DNA of 63,569 bases, filler included, from Octopus bimaculoides (Eukaryota): the NCBI RefSeq assembly GCF_001194135.2. It is 4 parts of 4 records of this genome, joined end to end, with 100 filler letters (N's around TTAATTAATTAA, not from the genome) between each part and the next. Parts side by side here need not be neighbours in the genome. Positions count along the whole stretch, not along the records: positions 54,554 to 63,569 come from NC_068987.1; 3 more parts are not named here. One strand, written 5' to 3'. Position 1 is the stretch's first letter. Each line of letters opens with the position of its first letter. The notes beneath the pieces were generated by a model. That model was not told where the DNA came from. It did not search any database and saw only the letters and a list, made by a program, of their open reading frames with translations. Positions 54,889-63,569 of the stretch are shown here, one piece after another. Both the position numbers and the translations under genes were made by a program.

Positions 54889-56594
54889 AATGTATATATG
54901 TGTGTGTGTGTATGTATATGTGTGTATATATATATGTCTATATATACCAATACCAACATTATCATTATCAATACCAACATGTCACCCCACCACCAGGGCT
55001 GCCATTCCCACCGCCGCCACCACCATAATCACCTCTATCACCATCAACATTATCACCATAGCCATTATGGTCGCCAGTACGACCTACTGCAGAACTACTT
55101 CCCACATCAATGCCATCAGTACCACCGTCAACACCAACACCATCCTGACTCTTGTACACCAATTAACGCTTTTGACGCCAATCTTTTTTTTTGTTGTCTT
55201 TTCTTCAGCAATAGTTTTTCTAGAGACCAGTTTTTACTTCAGCAATTCTATCACCGCCGCCACCACTACCACGTTAAAACAAGGATACCGCTTTCCTCAC
55301 GTTAGACTGAGATAATTATTTCCCTTCGAAATATTTTGTTTTTGATTATTTTTTTGTTGTTGTTGTGTTGCCCTTGTAAAGCGTATTTATGTCTCTTTCT
55401 CTCCTTTGTTGTGATATTAAACTAATTAAAAAAGTTACTCACAAACAATGATATATTAGCTGATAACTTAAGTAATATAACGTTATGCCGAAATGAGAAT
55501 AATCAAAATTCTAAAATAATTCTAAGCAATTTTGAGGCAAGGGGTAAAACGATATATCGATCCCAGTACTAGATTGGTGCTTTATTTTATCGATCCTGAA
55601 AAGATGAAAGGCAAGGTTGATCAGCGGCATTTGAACTCAAAACGCGAAAAGCCGGAACAAATACAGGTATGCATTTTTTTCTTTCATGCTACAACAATTC
55701 TGCCTGCATGAAAGATTTCTAAAAATAATGTAGATAAGTTATCTCCCTTACCATAATAGTCAAAGTAGAGTTATTTCCCATGAATTCTGTATGATATGAT
55801 TTGTACAACTAGTACGTTAAATTGCTGTTTCTACTGCTCCTTTCAGAAATCCGGTAGACAGACAGTTCCGCAGTGTTTAGTTTTACTGTTCATAAAATAA
55901 AACGGTCGTTAGGTCTAACTTATCGTAAAGCAAATATCATCATGATTAATATCCAGACTACAGCGGAAACGGCAAGCCACTGGATTTGGTTAAAAAGTAA
56001 CGGGCGATGGCCTGAAGAATATTGAGTGAAACCTAATAACCAGTTAGTCTATCATGCGGGGCTTCATTTCAGTGACGGGGGCCTCATTGACCTATGTCTC
56101 TCTCTTTCTTGAGTTATATGTTACTCTAAAACACACACACCAGTTATATCAGTGGTAAGTACCTGGAGTTCCTGCACTGATGAAACAACCTGTTGCATGA
56201 TCAGGTCGTCAGCAACTAAACTGGCAAACCCATCAAGCTTGCTCAGTAAGGAGGGTGATTGTTGGAAACCCTGCAGCACGAAAAATAAGACCTGTGTAGT
56301 CAATGGCCGATTCAACAAGTACCTTGTCATGGTGAAGTGCCTGTGTGCACTATTGACCTGGAGAGCTATGCTGGAGGGAGAGAAATCTTCAGGCAGATCG
56401 AAGGGTAGAAGACAGACAAAACCTTAACAATAAATCGAAGCGTCGGCAGCAAGGCGTGGATTTAGTTATCAGCAGGACCTAACAGATCAGATTTCTGGCT
56501 CTTTGAATTAGCAGGATGTCATGCAGAGAATCTGGAATACAAGACAATGGATGAGACCCTAATATTCCTAGTTAGATGGAAACTNNNNNNNNNN

Positions 56595-56630
<36 letters not shown>

Positions 56631-58030
56631 GGAGTGACTGTATGTCCACTCAGCTAACAAAAATGAGTAATCCTGTGATGGACCATTGTCCCATCCAGGA
56701 GGAGGACATATACACCACAGAATCCTGGGAACTGGCCTTATGAACCTATGGCTCAGGAAGGACTTCTAATCCTTTTTTTAATTACTGGTATGTATTGTCA
56801 TTCATGCCCTTGTTCCATCAATATGGTGAGAGGCAAAAATTGCTCCACTTCTAACAAAATGTCTTGATATAAACTCATAAATGTGATTAATTAAACATTA
56901 CCACTGAAGATAACCTAACAATGACAGCTAGGAGAATTTATGTTTCTTTTTTTTTTTTGTTTTAGCTATCATTGTTACTGTTGATGTTACCAAACAACTT
57001 TTAAGTGTACAAGTAATTTTGTTTGTATTTGCAATTTGTTTTGGCATAGAGAATAATCTGGTGTTGTTGTTGTTGTTTAGTTCTAGTGGATTCTTTTGGA
57101 GGAGAACTAAGGCTTGTTTTTTTATTCATTTACTTAGCATCTGTTTTTCCATGTTAGTATGAGTTGGATAAATACTTATTACTGAGGCATTGTTTTTTTT
57201 TTCTTTACAGACAGATGGTGCAGATATGACTGTAAGAAATTTGCTTCCCAAATCACATGGTTTCAGGTTTAGTCCCACCACATGACACCTTGAGTAAGTG
57301 TCTTCTCTATCTCAGGAGTCAACCAAAGCCTTATGATGGATGTGGCAGACAGAAACTGAAAGAAGCCTGTCTTACACACTCACACGTATATATATAAGGC
57401 ACAGAGTTAAGCATTCATGCAGATACATACATACACAAATAAATACATACATACATATACACATAATACATATCTGTTGATTCACTGGAAGCAATAAACT
57501 ACAAGACTCAATACAAATGTAGAGCAGTCATTAATACATCATAACTGAAAGGCTTCCATATCCTGTACTCTGAGTTACTCATTTCAGATCAACAGCTAGT
57601 AATCCAGGCCTGTTTTTCTTTTGAAATATTCATCGTTTGAATATTTTTAGAAATATGAAATGAAAGTTTGAAGAAAATGCTTATCTTTAAGTTCTTTTTT
57701 GTTTAAAAAGAACTTTGTGAGCCACATGTACAAAAAAAAAACGGTTGCTTCAAGATCATGCTTCTGACTTCATTTCTGGTTCTTGTGGGAATATTCTAAA
57801 TGTTTTACATTTCATATGAGCAAATTCATTCTAATAACTTCTGTCATGAAATTGTGTTGTATAATGTTTTAAGGTAATACTTTTAAGTAATAGGAGGATG
57901 TTTTGAAAGTTGGTAGCCAGAATAAGAACTGAGCTTTTATAAATTGTATTTTGTCTTGATAACAACAGGGGTAAAATACTTACTGCAATATAGGCGTTTG
58001 TGCAACTAGATTTAGAACAAAGATATTATA

Positions 58031-58241
58031 CAGCGTGTCCACAAAGTCTGGGTACATGGGGATTAACACATACTTTAAGAAATTATTATTTCTTACATTT
58101 AATTGTCTACGTTATGATTTTATTTACTCCATGTACCCACATGGGGATTAACACATACTTTAAGAAATTATTATTTCTTATATTTAATTATTTATATCAT
58201 GATTTTATTTACTCCACGTACCAGACTTTGTGGAGACCCTG
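58031..58241. mobile_element. Tc1/mariner-type MITE with internal duplication
   Basis: TIRs cagcgtgtccacaaagtctgg / ccagactttgtggagaccctg; TA flanks; two tandem copies of an ~85-bp internal segment. Confidence 0.8.
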
Positions 58242-58291
58242 TAGATCAAAACATAGATCAAATTGCAATTCTATTGTAACCTGAATAATTA

Positions 58292-58502
58292 TTTCTACTC
58301 TAGGCACAAGGCCTTCAAAATTTTGTGGGAAAGGGGGCTCATCGTTTACATCGACTCCAGTGCATAACTGGTACTTATTTCATCGACTCCAAAAATATGA
58401 AAGGCAAAGTCGACCACGGCGGAATTTGAACTCAGAACGTAACAGCAGATGAAATACCACTAAGTATTTTTGCCTGGCGTGCTAACAATTCTGCCAGCTC
58501 AC
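58292..58502 (-). mobile_element. SINE family C
   Basis: Reverse-complement copy. Confidence 0.8.
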
Positions 58503-59911
58503 CCCTCCTGTGGCCTGAATAATAATATATCTACTAAATAGGTCTATTTCAACATACCCAACCATCTCTTTGTATATGAACCGGTCAGTTAAAATACAGG
58601 TGTGGGAGACACTATGCATGAATGACTGAAACAAGCGAAAGGTAAAAGACACCATAGCATTTGTTAGGCTGTCTCAGATTCTATTTTCTCTGGGACAGAG
58701 TTCAGAGTAGTAGACTACTCACCTCTCCATCGACTTACCCTTGTCTTTAATGTTATTACCTTCTTATAGTTTCCCACAGTGCTGTCTTACTCAGAACTGT
58801 ATCAAGAGCTTTTTTTTTGCTTCCCTTATACATGCCCTGAATGTTAACTATATCAAACGATAATGAACTGCTTTCACAACATTGTAGCTAGCAGTCATTT
58901 ACACACTACTCAACCAGTTCCTGAGACTCACTTCTTGCTTCCCTCAGCATATGTAGAGTTGCCTGAGGGGGCCACTGTTTATGTTCTGGCAGTGTAGAAC
59001 ACTTTTAATTCAATGACAGCAATGACTTTACTTGAACTCATCTCAAACTAGTCCTGTGACTTCTCCACCCCAGAAGGCTTCAAAGCGTAACGTCGTGGTC
59101 AGTATATCTGAGAGAGTTCCATCTCAGCTGAGTTATCTCCTCCTGGTGAGTCTGCTTGAAGAACGTCCTTTAATGATGTGACACGATAAACTCCACTGCT
59201 TTGTCTGGGTGTTGGTCATTCACAATGGCGTCAGTGCACTGCTTGCCTGGAGGCTTTGGCATAACCCACTTTTATACATGTCACTCTCTCTCCCTCACTC
59301 ATATATGTGTGTGTGCTTGTGTGTCACAATAAATTTTTATGTGTATATATATATGTATGTATGTATGTATATATGTATATATATAAGTGAATGTTTACAT
59401 GTATGTATGTATGTATGTATGTATGAATGAGTGTATATAAGCCACGGCATGGAACATTTAGTCAAAAAAGGAAGTGTAACAATTTACACTAAGTATATCA
59501 GATAAACTCAATCCACACAAATCCTAATTTCATTGCTAATCCAAACACCAAATTTATATACTCATTCCTATGGAAATAAATCGATCTTAATGTGTGCACA
59601 TGTATGGTGGCGGAGGTTGGTATAGGGGGTTGGGTTAATCCACACACACACACATTCATACTCTTTCAAGAATTACAAAAATGTGTACGTGTGTGTCTGT
59701 GTGGGTGCATGCATAAACAGGGAAGTTCATAGTTAACATACATCCAAATAGACACATACATGCATGCATGCACGCACGCACACACGCACAGACACAAATT
59801 AAACATTATGTGTGTGTGTGTAGGTGCATGTATAAAACAGATATAAGGGTGTGTACATATGTTGCAAGTGAAAGTTAATTCCCTTACAGACAGAAACCCC
59901 TCTCTCTTTCG

Positions 59912-59945
<34 letters not shown>

Positions 59946-60058
59946 TATACTCTCAGAAGTAGTGTCTAAAGAAGTAAAACCCACATGCAGATAATATGCA
60001 CGAAGGTGTGTATATGTGTACTTATGTTTGAGTGCGTGTGTTAAAGTGGAAAGCTAAT

Positions 60059-60093
<35 letters not shown>

Positions 60094-60402
60094 AACATAC
60101 ACATACTCACACAAGTAATGTAAGGAACTAAAGACATCGTTTTATGCACCAATGAAAAGACAACCGTGTGTGGTGTCTTGGACAGTAGAGGAGGAGAATA
60201 ATCCACATGCGCACAACACACACATACAAAAACATACACATGCTTACAAACACACACACACACACATTTTTGTGTCTGTACATATATGCACATAGTCTTT
60301 AATTCACACACACACACAGACGCAGCGGAATCATATAAAAAGTATGCATATGCATGTTGAAAGGAGAGGTTAATCTGCATACTCATTTACACATACATGC
60401 AT

Positions 60403-60434
<32 letters not shown>

Positions 60435-60636
60435 TATACACACTCACACAACCACTCTAAAAAATAGAAGCCGTATGCACACATATAATGTGCACAGACA
60501 TAATGAGATGTGTGTAATGACTAGATCTACTATTAGAAATGTATATAAGCAATGTTGAAAACTGGATCACAGTGGGATGAAGGCTGAGGCAGATATATAT
60601 ATACAAACACACACACACACAAATAAATATATATAA

Positions 60637-60667
<31 letters not shown>

Positions 60668-60695
60668 TATAAGCAATGTTAATTCTCTAAGGTCA

Positions 60696-60754
60696 GCAGC
60701 TATCGGGCGCCGACGAAGGGAAATAACCCTGAAATCCGGATACGTTCGTGCTGC
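60696..60754 (+). ncRNA. Type I hammerhead ribozyme (U4C core variant, palindromic stem III)
   Basis: Stem I CGGGCG/CGTTCG (extended by GCAGC/GCTGC); core CCGACGA; stem II AGGG-AAATAA-CCCT; GAA; stem III ATCCGGAT; cleavage triplet ATA. Confidence 0.7.
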
Positions 60755-60902
60755 AGATCGAGGTGAGAGGGATAACTTCCCTTGGCAAACAGGACACAGT
60801 CGTGTGTCGATAAGCCAGCTGGAGGAGATGTCCTCCTGGGGCTAAAAGCAACAGTAACATCCACCCCTAGGGGTCAGCCACACTTAAGTGGCAATATACT
60901 AC

Positions 60903-60946
<44 letters not shown>

Positions 60947-61424
60947 CATATATACATATATATATATATACACATACATATATACATATATATATATAAA
61001 GAGAGAGAGAGAAGCAGACAGACAGAGAGGCAGGGATTCTTTTGATGCATCCTGCATCAATCCCTCAAGGGTGGGATACTGTACAACCAGTTCTATCATT
61101 TCTTATATGCTCAATGAACATCGTACATTGAGGAATTCCTGATGTAGATCCAATGATGATTGTACTGACCCCGTGGATGACGTCAGGTAAACATAGGCAG
61201 TAAATGTGCTTCATCGACATACTACTTAGAATAACCCAACACTTGAATATATATATATATACATATTAAATATGTCATATATATATATATATATGTATAT
61301 ATATACACATATATATATACATACACATAAAAAATATACAAACATATATACACACACATATACATATACAAATATACATATATATACATACATATACACA
61401 TATACATATACATACATACTCTCG

Positions 61425-61580
61425 GATTGGTTGGCGTTAGGAAGGGCATCCAGCTGTAGAAACTCTGCCAAATCAGATTGGAGCCTGGTGTAGCCATCCG
61501 GTTCACCAGTCCTCAGTCAAATCATCCAACCCATGCTAGCATGGAAAGCGGACGTTAAACGACGATGATGATGATGATGA
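61425..61580 (+). mobile_element. RTE-type 3' end copy (young)
   Basis: Reverse orientation of the 54590 copy; (GAT)n tail. Confidence 0.85.
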
Positions 61581-61644
61581 CATACATATATACATACATG
61601 TATATACTTACATATATATATATACATACATACATACATATAAA

Positions 61645-62330
61645 TACTGATGTCATTTACCTTGATTTCAGCAAGTCCTTTGACAGGGTGGATCATAAGA
61701 TCCTCTTGAAAAAGCTATCCACCATAGGTGTCTCTGGAAAGTTACTACAATGGATCAAGTGTTTCCTGACAGGCAGAACCCAACACGTAGCCGAAGGAGT
61801 AAAATCAAGCCTAGCCAAAGTCAGTAGTGGTGTTTCACAACGCACTGTGTTGGGCCCACTTCTTTTCATCATCTACATCAATGACATCACTGACATCATC
61901 AAGCACAGTAACATAAGAATCTTTGCAGATGATTCCAAGATCCAGAAGATCATCAATGAAGTGGGTGACTATACATGTCTTCAGTCAGATCTACTGGTTG
62001 TCATCCAATGGGCAGAAAAGAATTTGAATTAATCCACTTTGGAAAAGAGGATACCCTGAAACTCCCATCCTCCCTTACTCTTATGGCATCCAACAACATC
62101 AGACACTTGGGAATAATTATGGACAACAGCATAAGCTGGGCAGCTCATATAAACAGCAAAGTTGACATGGCCCACAGAATGTGTTGCTAGATTCTCAGAA
62201 CTTTCCAGTCAAGAGATATCCACACCTTTTCCTTCTCTTCTCTACTTTTGCCCAACCCCACCTTGAATACTGTTGTCCACTATGGTCTCCCCACACGGAA
62301 CAAAGTATCATGAAAATATGATGAATTCAA
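61645..62330 (+). mobile_element. CR1/L2-type LINE reverse transcriptase fragment
   Basis: DVIYLDFSKSFDRVDH, SGVSQRTVLGPLLFIIYIND, IFADDSK; truncated and frameshifted after 62030. Confidence 0.9.
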
Positions 62331-62829
62331 CATCGTTGGATATGTAATTCTTTGAAAAATTACATTCAAATTTATAGGAAAATAAGAAAGTGTGGCTTGA
62401 AAGGGCATACGAGAAGTAAGGAGATCAAATGACTATATTACATAAATTCACTTATCTATATTAGCTTACAGCTAATATTGGTTTTAATTTTTTGTACAAA
62501 GCCAGCAATTTTGGGCAAGACTCAAGTTTGTTAAGGTCATTTCTACAGATATCCCACACAAATTATAACCAACACTGATTTTTGCAACCACATTTCGTAT
62601 ACGAGATGTCAGATGTAAACAAACAATGAGATCGAAGATGAAAAATGGGTAATGGGTGTATGTGCCATATTTTGGTGGGTGTTTGCCCCTTCATCACCCC
62701 CATCTAATCCCTTAATCATCCTCAGATACATTGCTTTAAACAGCCACTATATATATATATATAATGGTGTAATATATTATATGGTATATTATGGTTGTAT
62801 AACAAAATACCATGTACCTACAAATCATT

Positions 62830-62985
62830 AGTATCAACCCAAGTGTTCAACTGGTACTTATTGTACCAACCCCGAAAGGATGAAAGGCAAAATCAACCCC
62901 GGCAGAATTTGAACTCAGGATGTGAAGATGGACAAAATACCACCAAGCAGTTTTTTTCCAGCTGCTAATGATTCTGTCAGTGTTC
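62830..62985 (-). mobile_element. SINE family C (decayed)
   Basis: Reverse-complement copy. Confidence 0.7.
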
Positions 62986-63344
62986 GAAAACATATAAGAA
63001 TCACAGATATGGTGTATGTAGCCTTGAGTGGACATTAAAGGTCATCGAAACCAAGCAGATATATTCTCAGTTGAGTGAGATAAAAGCAGATAAACCTTTT
63101 ATCTCCTTTTATCTCACTTAACTGACAAAATGTCTGCTTGGTCTCGATGCCTCATGGGTGAAACTAAGAGTAGTAATAGACTCACTTGAACAAAGTAATA
63201 CACACACACACACTTTACTTTTTTACTTGTTTCAGTCACTTGACTGCGGCCATGCTGGAGCACCGCCTTTAGTAAACACACCAGCATCGGTTGTCAAGCG
63301 ATGTTGGGGGGACAGACACAAACACGTACACACATACATATATA

Positions 63345-63569
63345 TATCATCATCATCATCATCATCATCGTTTAACGTCCGCTTTCCATGCTAGCATGGG
63401 TTGGACGATTTGACTGAGGACTGGTGAAACCGGATGGCAACACCAGGCTCCAGTCTGATTTGGCAGAGTTTCTACAGCTGGATGCCCTTCCTAACGCCAA
63501 CCACTCAGAGAGTGTAGTGGGTGCTTTTACGTGTCACCCGCACAAAAACGGCCAGGCTCGAAATGGTGT
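63345..63569 (-). mobile_element. RTE-type 3' end copy (young, runs off the window)
   Basis: Same family. Confidence 0.85.

Noticed and set aside
55995-56035. CTGAAGA...GAAAC hammerhead-like string
   Set aside because: Stem II and stem III do not pair, and there is no NUH triplet.

Overview
This is AT-rich, microsatellite-saturated animal genomic DNA with many N-gaps. The repeat families and assembly style suggest an octopod cephalopod (Octopus-like draft assembly); this is inference, not a database hit. Most of the window is tRNA-derived SINEs, RTE-type 3' ends, R4-type and CR1-type LINE fragments, two mariner relics, three MITEs and simple repeats. Nearly all long ORFs in the supplied track are N-gap or microsatellite artefacts. 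Reading splice signals by eye on the minus strand gives a chain of ten phase-compatible GT-AG exons from 37655 down to 21026 (43, 35, 27, 39, 100, 182, 24, 63, 62 and 202 nt). They join into a stop-free 258-aa C-terminal protein fragment. It resembles, in motif order and spacing, the SGNH/PC-esterase domain of NXPE proteins (compared with human NXPE3 as I recall it, not by a search). The GDS nucleophile motif and the His-Pro motif appear lost, and a Thr-rich tail is added. The 5' exons could not be identified. The gene lies in a visibly CpG-richer block bounded by two artificial TTAATTAATTAA scaffold spacers. Other notable items: a near-canonical type I hammerhead ribozyme at 60696-60754, a second degenerate hammerhead-like motif, a perfect 24-bp hairpin, an eight-unit retroposon concatemer and an intronic promoter-like unique region. 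All coordinates were hand-counted; repeat boundaries are approximate.
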